A stretch of 63,825 nt of DNA, filler included, from Choristocarpus tenellus KU-1152 (taxonomy: Eukaryota; Protista; Phaeophyceae), in NCBI GenBank assembly GCA_964200185.2. It is 10 parts of 10 records of this genome, joined end to end, with 100 filler letters (N's around TTAATTAATTAA, not from the genome) between each part and the next. Parts side by side here need not be neighbours in the genome. Positions count along the whole stretch, not along the records: positions 19,672 to 27,187 come from CAXNAD020006037.1; positions 27,288 to 31,475 come from CAXNAD020015782.1; positions 31,576 to 43,299 come from CAXNAD020002167.1; 7 more parts are not named here. One strand, given 5' to 3'. The notes under the pieces were generated by a model. It did no database searches. It was not told where the DNA came from and saw only the letters and a program-made list of their open reading frames with translations. Positions within the stretch are counted from its first letter, which is position 1. Every line of letters starts with the position of its first letter. Below are positions 23,451-36,200 of the stretch, one piece after another. Made by a program: the position numbers and the translations under genes.

Positions 23451-24559
23451 TTTAGACATGTATGTTACATATTATTAGTAACAATGTTTAAGTGTTACGT
23501 TCAACAGAGAAGTTACTCATGTTGAGTCAGTGACAAGTTTTAGGTATAATATTCAAGAAAAAATAAAGCAGATAGGTTACTAAGAGCGTTAAAGTATCAT
23601 GTTGTGGAAGTGTTTTCAAAATACACACATATTACTTGGTATTATTATTAAAATGCATTGAGATACAGACTGTTTTCTTCATTGCACATAACTCTTCGCT
23701 TCTGTCCTCTCCCATACTAATGATCATTTAGTACAGGTGACCCTTGTCCAACTTGTCCTTGAAATGTTGTGCCCAAACTGAATCATGTACAGCACATGGC
23801 AAAAGCATTCGACGGGGGACAGATGTTCGGACCTGCCATATTAAAATCCTGGACGTTTTTCATCAATGTAGGACACATAACCTCTGTGCCAAAGACGAAG
23901 CAAAAATTGGCATCAACCAGTGTGGACCGACACTTACTTTTGTCCAGACCCTCAAAGATGTGCCTCTATTCGTGTGCGCTATTCTGGGCACACTATGACC
24001 ACCTAATAAGTCTCAATTTCCATTCCCGAATGAGAGTCTCCATATAGGAGGGTCACAGGATGAAGATCTCCACAGCACCCCACTAGTTCCTCGTACCAAA
24101 CTTCAATACCTGTAAATGCATCATGGCCTTCTACCAATTTTTCTTCAGCTACCTGATGTCAGAACTTCAGTAGAATCAGGTTCTATTCTGAACAAGTGCA
24201 ATGGTGTTGTTTCTCGGATGGGATTTCAGACAAACCTTCAGTGTGCTGTGCTTCTTAAGCTAACAAATATTGGGAAGCAAAGCAATCAAATACAGTATAG
24301 GGCATGCTCAAGATGCTGTCCTACACATACAGATGGGGATCACAGTGGATGCCTTGGCGTTGATGGTTGGCCTCCTATACCCTCGTCCTTGACAAAAACA
24401 CACAGGACCTGAGCATGCTTTCTGCTATCAACACAAAGAATATACAACGATGTAAGTAGCGGGTCTTTGACTATCAGAGAGAAACTGCACTACAAATTAA
24501 AAACCTCTTTGTACCTGGAGGATGCGTGTTAGCTTTCCTGAGGGAATGCATTCCAGCCT

Positions 24560-24830
24560 ATTCAAGGGGACTAGGGGTTGGGACTGCGCCCACCAATCGT
24601 AAAGGAGGCTGCTGAATATGTCCCTGCTTATTTCAATGGGGTCATGGGCTCGATGGGTATGGATACAAGCAGGATACCGGCATTACATCCACATAAACTC
24701 AATCCAGCACTCACATGGCTCCAAGACCCAACAATCTACTTGCACCTATTTGATAAATATATCCCACCCAGGTGAGTGTCGAGGTACACTTATTGCAGAG
24801 TGAACTCAAAGTCAGAAGAGGGGGCAACAC
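24560..24830 (+). mobile_element. Possible CRE-type LINE remnant
   Basis: GLGLRPP...AAEYVPAY resembles GGLGxR...AxxAY; weak. Confidence 0.3.
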
Positions 24831-25011
24831 CTTCCAGTAGAACCTTAGAATGAGATAGCAGGGTTGTTTGATCTATCAGAAGAAAGTAAGAGAGACTCAG
24901 GTCCAATTCTTGGTCAACTCATGTGTGTCACGCACTGACTGAGTTTGTACCCAGTATATTGAAGATCGTCTACCATATGGATCAGGCTTGCTGTAACTGT
25001 GCAGAGTGCGA

Positions 25012-25360
25012 CGGTAAGTTGTGATCAAATACAGTGCAGGGCAGTACAATGTGGATATATATAACGTATGGATACTAAAGAATCATCACTGGTGGATGGG
25101 CCAATGGTTGACACTAGTTGATGGGACTGAACTGAATCTACAAATCAAGGAGTAAACAGCCTATGTTTCAACACTACAACCCACGAAGAGTGGAATGGTA
25201 AGTTGTGATCATACATACTATGCAAATTGGTATACATGTAATGTGGGAACTTGCGCACGAAGGAACCATTACTAGTGAACAGGCCAACGGTTGACACTAG
25301 TTGATGGTACTAAACTGTATCCAGGAACCACAAAGGAAGCAGCCTATGTTTAGCACCTTA
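25012..25360. repeat. Diverged tandem duplication, period ~184 bp
   Basis: GGTAAGTTGTGATCA at 25013 and 25197; GGTTGACACTAGTTGATGG and CAGCCTATGTTT each occur twice at similar spacing. Confidence 0.8.
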
Positions 25361-25632
25361 TGTCAGCAGGCCTCCATCAAATCCCCACTCCATTCCCAAC
25401 CATACCCACATCACATGCCTCTACTGGATATCATGAGTTCTGAGGTCTAATCGTGCCAACTGGAGCACACCAACTCACAGAGACACACAACAGAGGTGTG
25501 TGGCACCCTTTATCTGTACTGTGAAAAAGTTAGCTTCATTCATGCCACTATAGAACAACAGCAAACACCATACCTCTCTCCTACTTACCTTAGCTGTAGG
25601 CGAAGTCCCCCAGGTTGCAGGGGAGTTGCAGA

Positions 25633-25785
25633 GAGTCAAACCAATTGAGAAGTAAGCAGGTTTGGACCCTTTTGCATTCTAAGCCATCTTGCTTATTCTA
25701 TACAATACACTCTGTTTCATTGCTTTGTGTGCACAATAGTTTATACAAAATTGATTTTCCCCCTTTTCACACAAAGAGTGACACG
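25633..25785 (+). mobile_element. MITE family C, 3'-truncated
   Basis: GAGTCAAACCAATTGAGAAGT...GTGACAC homologous to the 28741 and 61681 copies. Confidence 0.75.
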
Positions 25786-27187
25786 CCAAATACATTTATG
25801 TATTCATATATGTACTGAAATGTTTCCCACTAACACACCCCAAACCTCACCTCCTGGTTGAACTCTTTGTGTGGCTCAACAGGATGTAGTCCAGATAGTG
25901 TGTAAGATAGCCTCTTCAGGCTGAGGATATGTCCCTGACTGCTTGATTTGAACGCCTTTATTATACCAAAGTCACACTAGTGCAAGGTCAGCACTTCGGT
26001 AAGGTTGTGGTAGAAGAAGTGACAAAGGACTCAAGAAGGAGGGAACACAGAGCCAAACGTTGAGAAAATAACTTCAACAACTCGTGACAGCAAATAGTCA
26101 AACATCCCTCTACTGTAATCCGGAATTACTAACAAGGAACCGCAATCTGTATAGTGGCATAAGGCATACGGCAATAACGGTATGATAACAGACAACCCTG
26201 CTTTCGACACAATGATTATTTAAATTTAAGTATACAACATGGGTGAATCCTATGATTCTGTGGTGTTGTGGTTTACTCGGGTAAGGATGGTGAAGACAAT
26301 CATAAGGCAGCACAGACCAGACGAACCAAGACGAACCGTAACCGAGAGGATGAGGTTAAGGTTAGATAACTGCAAAGACTGCAGAGAATTCCAAGGTGAG
26401 GAGGATCTCATAAGAATAGGATCACCAGAAGTTTCAAGATGTGACAAAAAAGCGAATGTCATGTTTGGCATCTCTGAATGAAGAAGTATCCACTACTTCT
26501 GGGATTGTCTCTTGAAAAGATTTCACCTCTCAATCTCATGAAAGATGCTCCAGTGAATCTGAGATTCCTAAGAAGGAACCTCAATTGGTTTAATGGTATT
26601 TATGACATAGGCAATAATGGTGTGATAACAGACAACCCTGCTTTTCACATCACCCACCCTTCTAACTGGCCTTGAAGCCATGTAAACATGATTCGAGGTC
26701 AACCTAAAAGTGAATTCTGGGAGCAAAATGGGAAGTAGATGCAACTAACAGCCTCTCACCAAAATTGAGGATGGAGCATACTATGGAGGATGGGTTTGAC
26801 CCAAGATGGTGCGCGGTGCGCGGAAAGTGCCCATATGTTTTTTTTGTAAATGTTGCGGCACTTTTTAAGGGCCCCTTTTTGAATGGGAATCCATGCTGAA
26901 GGTGGTAGTAGGACAATATGTGGGGGGCGACAATGATTCATTTGATGGTCGTGTACATGTATGCCCTGCGTTGGATTGCTTGAATAATTAGTGCGGTCGG
27001 TGGAGTCGTTTGACTGTCGATGGTGGAGGTGGTAGAAAAAAGTAGTACTTCGAAGTAGTTTTTTCAGGGCGGTGTTTCATCATCATTATGGATGGTTGAC
27101 TGATTGAGAAGAATATGTGATATTTTCCCATATTATTAAATTGTTTATCAATTATTGCTATCGTTGCCAAGTGGAAGAAGAAGCTAC

Positions 27188-27287
27188 NNNNNNNNNNNNN
27201 NNNNNNNNNNNNNNNNNNNNNNNNNNNNNNNTTAATTAATTAANNNNNNNNNNNNNNNNNNNNNNNNNNNNNNNNNNNNNNNNNNNN
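27188..27287. other. Artificial contig linker
   Basis: N44-TTAATTAATTAA-N44. Confidence 0.97.
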
Positions 27288-27397
27288 TTTTTACTAGCCA
27301 ACATCTCCTTTGTATTGTTGACATGTTGCTCCCCCCCCCCGCCCAAAGAGTTCACTTGCCCTAACCCCTGCCGTCTTCCGATATACTTTTGGTGCAG

Positions 27398-27751
27398 TAT
27401 GATACCAGTGTAGGTAATCCGTTCATGACACAAGAAGGAATGCAGGATGTCCAGAGTGACCAGGGGTGGGCCGGGCAGGGTATGTCAGGGCAAGGGTACA
27501 ATGGGATGCAAGGACTGGGGCAAGGAATGTTCAGTCTTGAAAGCAGTGGGACTACCAGCTTTGCCCAGGGGGGTTCTTATGGGTTGCAATCTGACCCTTT
27601 TGGTCCTACTGAGGGCGGGACTTACTCTAGGATGACCCAGCCTGTTCAACAACGGCAGCAGCAGCAAGAGGCATTACAAACACAGCAACAGCAGTCGCAG
27701 CAACAGCAGTCGCAGCAACAGCAGTATGGTTTCGGAGGAGGAGGGTTGTGA
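27398..27751 (+). CDS. Probable terminal exon, Q/G-rich, with NPF and DPF motifs (upstream exons off contig)
   Basis: Acceptor TTTTGGTGCAG| then open frame YDTSVGNPF...QSDPFG...QQQQSQQQQYGFGGGGL*. Confidence 0.55.
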   Translation, partial: YDTSVGNPFMTQEGMQDVQSDQGWAGQGMSGQGYNGMQGLGQGMFSLESSGTTSFAQGGSYGLQSDPFGPTEGGTYSRMTQPVQQRQQQQEALQTQQQQSQQQQSQQQQYGFGGGGL

Positions 27752-28740
27752 TGGTGGGAAGGGAGAGGCTTCGCTTGTATCAGGCTTCTGTTCTGTGATT
27801 CCGTTGTGGGCATGGGATGAGGAACTGTCATTGTGGACTTGCATCAATAACCTCTTTGTCTGCCTGGCCGGCCTGTACTCTCTTGGTTTGGGGGGGGGGT
27901 TGATCTCCTTACAGGGGACTTTGGCTCTTCTTTTTCTAAAATCTGTGCTCACTATGTTGCCTGCTTTTTCTTTGCGTACTTTGAGGGCAACGGCGATGGT
28001 TCCAGTTGGGCTGTGATATTCCTTGTTCCTATTTTGTTGCATCTGTGCAGTGTAGATGCAGAGAGGCAAACGACACTTCTTTTGCAGGTTGTTGATTCGT
28101 TATACATACATTTTTTCGGGCTGGACTAGTGTGTGAAGAGCCTGTAAAGCACAAGAGGCGGCTATGCGGTGTGATATTTGGTGTAGGGCACCTCTTAAAC
28201 CGTTGTTTTGTTGTGTAGAGTGTTGCTGAGATAGTACTGCTAAGCAGGAGGTACAGTAGGTTGTGTAGCAGTTGTACGCAACACCTGGGTTTGTTTGGAG
28301 GTGTACTACTTTTCACCCAGCATACAAGAAAGGAATGTGGCCATACACTCCATTGGTGACAATGCACTGAAGGTTGTGTTGCTTTGTCATCCCTTCCAAT
28401 CTTCTTGCTTGATGCTGTGGTATTTCATGCATCATCTTCCTCTTGCTGCATTAATTTCAATTGTGGTTACGACTGTTTGCTCATGCCAGCATCAGTTAAG
28501 TTTGCGAAGAAGAACAGCTATATGCCTCACTTCCAAACATGGACGGATGAGGTCTTGGAAATCATAAACGCCTCTGAGTTGCATAATGTGCTAGGAGCAT
28601 GCATGAGCGGGGATACAAGAACCATGTGCTACAATGTAGTATAGTAAGGATGAAAACCTGTTACTAAATCACTATCTGCTTGTCCATCAATTTCCTAGTT
28701 CAATCTGCTCATAATCTTCACCTCTAGGTGTTCTGCAATT

Positions 28741-29001
28741 GAGCCAATCAAATCGAGAGGTAGGCAGGTTTTGACCCTTTTTGCACTAAAATCTTTCTTA
28801 CTCTGTGCAATAAACTCTTTTTCGTAGGTTTATGTATGGTACAATAGTGTACCCAAAATTGATATCCCCTCTTTCCTCATACAAAGTGACACCACGATTC
28901 AGCAAAGGCTCAATCTGTTAATATACAAGATGGCATCTCTTTTTCCTTTATCGGGGTTCTTAGAATGCAACCCTGTCTACCTTTCAGTTGGTTTTTGATT
29001 C
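28741..29001 (+). mobile_element. MITE family C copy (~261 bp), 4-bp TSD AATT
   Basis: GAGCCAATCAAATCGAGAGGTAG...CTACCTTTCAGTTGGTTTTTGATTC flanked by AATT. Confidence 0.82.
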
Positions 29002-29999
29002 AATTACTATCAAACATAATGGACTGGATGATAACTGTTTGAATCGCATCTGTGAACTGCACTCATATGACATGCTGCTACGATATTTTTTGAAAAATAA
29101 CTAAAGTATATGTTGCTACTTCTACAAGTCCCAGGCACGGTACAGATGTTGTGACCCAAAACACGCCGGGTAGATAAATATATTGAGGTATGATTTTCTT
29201 GGCATCCAAGTCAGAAATGAACTTGTGGGTGGGTGCATTGTGAATCTTGATCATGTTTGCGTCTGTTCAAGACTACTTTCTGGCGAGGCAGCTAGACTCA
29301 GTGCTCCTCCACTCCTAAATTGACAACCCAGAAGTCTTGGTACCGTGATAGCAGGAAAAAATCGTAGTATAGTCGTACTTTGGAGTATGAAGCTGATTTT
29401 TTGTTGTTGAGATCGCTACCAATTTTTTTTGTTTTTACTTTGTACTATTGTTTTAGTGAAATAAATATTTTGATATGTTCGGATGTGTGTAGTATATACC
29501 AACATAACATTTCATCCTACATAGTACATCTTTCAAAGGTATGTCAACTCAACAATTCTGTCTTCTTGGCACGTACTTGAAACTATTTGTAATTGCTAGA
29601 CAGAGCTCTATACCACCATGAGTGGCAGAGTGAGCAGCTTTCAGAAAGCCCTCGCATAAAAAATATTTGATCACAGTTGCTTGTATATGTTACTAGATCT
29701 GGCGCAGAATTCTCTGCACAGATAGTTATTCCTCAACAATGACTTCCAATAATACTCCAGCACAGGGTTATTTGAAAACCGCTTCAATTAATTTGCAGAA
29801 ACATGCCGCATAAATTCTGTATTAGAGCAAGATTCGAAGGTAGCAGGTTTCAGAAAACCTTTATTTTCGGTGCTTACTCAAAGGTTGCCTTGGTCCTGCC
29901 CATTCTTATCCCTGTATTATCCACCTTCGCTATATTGCAAAAAAAGTAAAGAATTAGCCTTTCTTGTACTGTGCACAAGAGCTTCATCTTAGTTGGAGA

Positions 30000-30720
30000 T
30001 AAGGTAAGTCCTGGAATCATTGGTGGCCACCCTCCTGGCCAGGCAACGAAGGCCTCAGAAAGAGGCCTTTACACAGGCCATTTGTACGACCTCTACAGCA
30101 GATACACTAGGATCATCCATTCACATAATCTCTTCAGGAGATCCCTCAGAGGACCTGGCAAGGATTATTGGCGAGGGCTGAGTCGACTGGGCTGTTACAA
30201 CTACTCCTGTTCTAGTTCAGGAGGTTCGAACCTTGGCAACTCATAATGCGAGGATTATAAGGAGGGTCCAGTATAAGGTCACACACACCCTGAATAGGAT
30301 TTGATTCGACTCCTTGAGGAAGCAACTGACCAACCTTCCTATAACCCCAAAAGTTCCTCTTTGGCTCTTATCTACCACAGGAGTTGGTGTGGGCAAGCAG
30401 GGGTTAGAGCACGGGCCTCCAAACAGCCACTGGAGCCAGCACACCCAATCCGTCCTATTGAATCCAAATGCAATGGCAGCAGGTCTCTAGGGAAAGAAGG
30501 CGCTTCGTTGAAAAGGTGCCTGGTGTTCAGGTGCACGAGACAGTGCATTGATACGAGGCATGCTTGGACATGCCCTAAGACAGGAGGACAGGTTTGCCAA
30601 CATGCACCAAGAATGTTGGTTCAATTGTTAGGGCGATATTGTAAACACTCAGCAAGGTGCCTACTTCGGAGATCCTATCAGGGACTATATTTCAAGGGAA
30701 CTGGTGTCAAGAGAATTCCT
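30000..30720 (+). mobile_element. Degenerate CRE/RLE-type LINE, Zn-knuckle region
   Basis: Homologous to ~10960-11560; RCTRQCIDTRHAWTCPKTGGQVCQHA resembles CxC...DxxHAxxC..GG...RH. Confidence 0.65.
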
Positions 30721-31475
30721 ACGTGTATCTACGTATGGCATTATCCATCTCATTCTGTTGTCTTACAGTAGTAGGCACTCTAACCTAATAGAGCTCCATA
30801 GACATTGACAACCAAAATACAGCAACATAACTCCAGTACGCTATTCAACACCTGTCAAAGCTCATCAAAATCGTAGTGTTGCGCCAAGGAAGTAGGATCG
30901 GTTTGGATATTGAGTATAGAGTTTGATCCTACAGTGTAGTTTTTTGGGCAAGGAATATGAAACGCCTTGAAACCGTGAATCTTGCGACAAAAGGTCGTCA
31001 CCATCACCATCGTTTGTCAAAAGGGAAATTATGTAGGAGCATTTTGTTTTTTGGCAGAATATACCAATTCCTTGCCCTGATTCCCTACGTAGAAGAAGCC
31101 CAATGCCTTTCAATATATATTTATTGCGGCTTGGCCACTGACCTCTTATTGACCCCAGTCCAGGATTACGTATGTACAGGATCTTATTTTCTAAAGTTGT
31201 GGTTCGCTTTGTGCCCTCCAGTGGCAGGTGTACAATGCAGATCGAACGCTCCCCACCTTCCCATGGTTTCCATGGTACGAAAAGGAGAACAGACGAGGTG
31301 GACCAAGTCTGCCCCAAGTCATCAGAAGCTATCCGAGCGGCGAACGTTTGGACGTGAGGTAACCAAATATACCCAGGAGAAGGATGAACAGGTGACTCAC
31401 AAGACCGATGTGAAGTGAAGATCTTTCGCTATTCCGCTTTTAGACACACACCTTTGAATTGTTTCCTGACGCCAC

Positions 31476-31575
31476 NNNNNNNNNNNNNNNNNNNNNNNNN
31501 NNNNNNNNNNNNNNNNNNNTTAATTAATTAANNNNNNNNNNNNNNNNNNNNNNNNNNNNNNNNNNNNNNNNNNNN
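31476..31575. other. Artificial contig linker
   Basis: N44-TTAATTAATTAA-N44. Confidence 0.97.
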
Positions 31576-31878
31576 GATTAATCAGTCGCTTCAACGATTG
31601 ATTTCCCAGCTCACCACGATTAATTAGTCACCTCAACGATTGATTTCCCACGAATGCGACGATTGTTATAGTCGATTCCACGATTGATTTCCCAGCTCAC
31701 CACGATTAATTACTCGATTCAACGATTGATTTCCCACGAATGTCACGATTGTTATAGTCGATTCCGCGATTGATTTCCCGTTTTTGTACCAAGTGGTACA
31801 AAAACGATATTGTATCACATCAATTCTGTGCCGCTTTTTTCGGGCATGCATGGGTGAACAAAATCGGGGCACCTACTG
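31576..31878 (-). mobile_element. End of CAGTAGG-terminated element with 42-bp repeats (second copy)
   Basis: About five 42-bp units, 13-bp-arm palindrome at 31779-31806, end CCTACTG|TA. Confidence 0.72.
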
Positions 31879-33253
31879 TACTTTGTTGTTACTTCTACTA
31901 CTATCAACTCCATAAAATACTGTCATTTTGTGGTGACGTCGCTTCCACATTTATTGAGTATTTATACTATATATATTCTATAGTATATAAAACACAAGAA
32001 GAACAATTATAGAACTCTTGTAAATGAATGTGTGGGAGGGTTATGATCCAACACCCAAACATACTGCAATTAAGCGGTCAAATAAGCGGCCATATGCAAA
32101 ACGAAGGTCAACCTCCTACATTAACAATAGAGACACGTTCGAGACCAGAAAATGTGGTGTGGAAGCCCTTCCAACAAGTCCGCATGGTGAGTTGTGATGG
32201 TAGAATATCTCGCTCGCCAATGCATATTGGTTGGAATGATGGTATGGCTGCCGTGGAACGCTTTTTATACACTTCTGAACTCCGAAAGATATCGCATAAA
32301 TAGAAGGCAGTTCTTTTGTTTGCTTGCTATCTCGCTTACTTACTCTGCCATATGTGCTTTCCTCAGGTATCCTGAGGGGTCCTGCAACTACCCCGTCAAT
32401 TCGACCACAGAACCTTATTCCAACGGTGCAAGTGAAGTACAACGGAACCTCAACCGCTGTGCAAACATTCAGTCGCAGAGAACGGATGCTCTCCCGATCG
32501 TTGCCCTTACTGATTGGAAGGTGCTTTCTATCCCCAGTTATTTTGAGAATAGCTAGGGGAAGTTCGTGCAAGGGTGTGAAATGAGACAGGGACAAGTGGG
32601 TTTCCTCCATGATGGACTTTGAGACCCCTCTTTTGTGGGGACAAGTTGTCGTGGAAAAACACCTTGAGTTTCTTTTTCTATGATGTGTTCATTTTTACAT
32701 AGTTTGGACATAAATCACCGCTCACGGGAGGCCTATCTTCACCCCCTACTCACCTGTGTGTATTGTGGTAGGATCGCTCTTGCTCTCTCTTCCTTCGTCA
32801 AACTGACGTGTCGAGGATGAAATTAGCATCCTTGTCCACAGGTCCTTAACGTGCATCCACAAGTGATTATAATGTCGTTCATAATAAGGACTGGATGTTT
32901 GTTATCGTTGACTCATTTAGCATGCATTTTTTACGTCGACGAGGCTATGTTGAGCGAGTTTTCCTCCTTCAGATTGAACGTTCTGAAGTTCCAACATCAT
33001 TAGCTCCAGAGCCTAGAATAGCAACCATTTCAGCAGGCCAAACTGTTGCCTTCTTAAAGATAAAATTACAACACAGGATAAGGTGATATGGTTGTTCGGC
33101 ACTCCTCTACTTGTTCGTGGTCTTTTTCTCGTGATCTCTCGAGTACTTTTTTTTGTTATAATCTTCTCTACAAGCATTCCCTGACTACTACCTTTCCTCT
33201 TAACAAACTTCAACATTTCGCCCTCCTGCGCATGTGTCAATGCCACCGAGCAG

Positions 33254-36200
33254 TTTGTAGCAAAGGGGTCCTTCTGTTGGGTACATGCAGTGAAATATCG
33301 GGGGTGGCATGTTGTGGCAAAGTCTGTACGGAGATATCTTCCCCTGATCCAACGACACGTTGCGCTGGGGACCCTTTGGCAAGAGCAAGAATGCCTCCTT
33401 TCACTAATCCCTCCGAATATCATCGACATTTACGGGATGTGGTACGTGTGGGGTTACTAATTTTATTGGGAAGAGAGAAACAGTATGTGTCGCATCTTGA
33501 CTGTGAACTAGCTGAAAATCCGCAAAAAGAAGTTGGACTTGGCCTAGCCGAGTGATTGTGTAAGATGATGTAACCCCTGTAGTAAGGAAAGTCCCTCCTC
33601 ACTCAAGCCAAGAAAAATGTGCACAGCAGGGTAAAATACGAAAAGAGACAAGAACGCCAATGGAGTAACCAGCCGGTTGCCAACTTCAGATACTGAGATG
33701 CATTCGCTCTGCAACACCCACTGTCTTGAAACATTTCTCTAAGGGTTCAATAAACTTATTGACATCACCCTCACTTTTGGTATGGAATCCGTCCGAAACG
33801 AGCTCCATGTTTCCACGGAGAACAATTACATCATTCTGGAATACTCAACATCAGTCAGCCCTGGCTCATATTCGTTGCAGTGCCTTCCTTGATCACTATA
33901 GCAGACATTTTCATTTGAGTAGCAACGTTCCCTTGTGCATTGTGTTTCTGGGCATTGCAATCGGTTACATTCTTGAAACATATTTCTTTTGTGGATTTCC
34001 TCGAGGTGCAGAGTATATTTCCCTGTTATGGCTTGCGCTTCAAGAGGTGCTCTTCTCATCAGTTTCGAAGTTGCTTGTTTATTAAAGGACTATTTTTATA
34101 GAAGGATCACTTGGGCCAATGATTATGGAAGACAAACGCTAGGAGAATGAACATGGGGGGTCCAAAAAATACTTTACACTCATGAAAAGACGGCTTGCTT
34201 GTACTGTGTTTCACAACTCCGTAGTCGGGTTTCCATCAATGATGAATATTTTGAGGTTTGCCTACTCTTGGAGCAGCTGGCGATGGGCACAATCGGGGAT
34301 CTGCTCATGATTGATCACTTCCATGAGAAGACCTTGTTAGAGTGGATGAGGCGTGCGATCAGGTTGACACGTATTTCCTTTAAGAGGTGAGGTAAGGTGG
34401 GACACGAGCCTCCACATGTTTACTTCCTGGCATGGGGTGCTTGGATGTTGTGCTTTGTGGGATCAGTAGAAGAGTAAGTAGCAGAAGAGTTCTTCTACAG
34501 TAGTTTATTTTCTCTTCTTCAGAGGAGTGCCTATGGTATGGTATGGTTTGGTATAGAGTGGCATAATCAGTGGAGGTCACTTAACACTAGGTATTTCAGT
34601 TTCATTTACCAAGCAATCTTACAATATATGCCATATGATGTGAGAGATCAATATTCCTCAAAGTATACATACAATCTAGCGTTAAAGTACAGTATGGAAG
34701 AACATGAATCCCACTGTAGTGGCTGAAATGAGCTATGCAAACAGTACAGAATGGTACCATTGGTAAATCCTGTAGGAATCATAGGTAGTGAGTAAGGTTC
34801 GTCCAATGGTAGCAGTAACTCGAAATGCACAGGATGACACAGAGGTAAAATGCATTTGCACCGTTTGACATGCATGATCCAGATGTGAGGGAAATATATT
34901 GTATTCCTCTTTTACCTCTCATTTCTCCGAAACTTGAGGTACAATGACCACAAAAATTCCTATCTTCTTTGTTTCACGTCCTAGCACGGTATAGCTCTCT
35001 CTCTAGGAAGGTCAACAGTAGAAAGTAATTGTTAGCCATGCAATAGACGAGGGGATACAGTTCAGAGATAGTTGGGCTCCATGGAAAAATGAACAATTTC
35101 CAAGCTGTACCCGTGTTCGTGCAATACAAAGGGATAACCATCTTCTACTTACTACCCCAATGATAGCTTGGCTCCTTTCTGCAGCTCACCTTTGTACTGT
35201 TCTCATAAGATGTGTACACTTGCGACTGTCTTCTGATTGATTGATTCAAGTCTTTGCAATATATTGTTGCATGTGTTATGTGCTTCACTATTTGAATACA
35301 ATTGACAATGTACTCTGATTACATTATGAAGTACTTTGGAATGTATACAATTTATTTGAGGGCTTTTGCATAGCCTCTCCCTCCCTTGGTGAACCTGATA
35401 TGTCGAACGTGTTACTTGGTAGTCGAGGGAAACGGATGTTGGATAGGGGGGCTGCGTATGTACTGAAATCTTGATGTGACCACTATAAACACGTTCGTAC
35501 TGTTACATTCCATTTCTCTAACCATCCTGTAAGTCTTCTGGTGGGATGCATGGGCTCCCCATGCCACCGCTGATATCAGAAAATGCATTTTTTCTCCCAT
35601 ACACAGACGATTGTCTTGGGTCCTCGAGCTTGCCTTGGCTCTACAGCATGTCCACGAGAAGTCTGCATTCGGGATGACGATAATGCACCGAGATATCAAG
35701 AGCGTGAGTCGCCACTGTGTCGTGGTGGTTGTTGCGTTCTCAGGTCCCATTATATTCCCGATCAAGCTGAACTTCTGATATGAATTCTGGATCCCCCCAT
35801 TTGCCACATATAGGAGGTTCTACCTTTCCAGGACTTTGATAACTCATATAATTTTGTTTCACTCTTTTGAACAATGCTGGGCATTCCTATAACAAAAAAG
35901 CATTCTGCTCTTGAAGATTGCATGAGGTTACTGGTGCCTACAAAGTGTATCGAAAAGATAAACAAATAACTTTCGTATTCGGTTCCAGCTTGTATATTTC
36001 ACCCACAAAATAATAACAGAATAAATTTGCTTATCCCTTCCAGGTAAATGTGAGCTTCTCTAAGGATGGAAGGCTAAAGCTTTTTGGTGAGCCTCAAGTA
36101 GCCTATTCTGTGTCAATCTCCCATCCCTCCCTGCCCTCCGTTTCCCCATATGTGTGTGTTTTGGTAAAGTATGGTTGTGTTGCTCTGCAATATGGGGTAG

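Noticed and set aside
26000-26700. Gypsy RT remnant and a ~35-bp direct repeat (26171/26610)
   Set aside because: The repeat is real but the protein similarity is too faint to call.
30865-31418. Two overlapping ~150-aa ORFs
   Set aside because: No recognisable motif or splice context; cannot be supported.
33088-33555. 155-aa Cys-rich ORF
   Set aside because: Out-of-frame overlap with the kinase exon 33254-33441.
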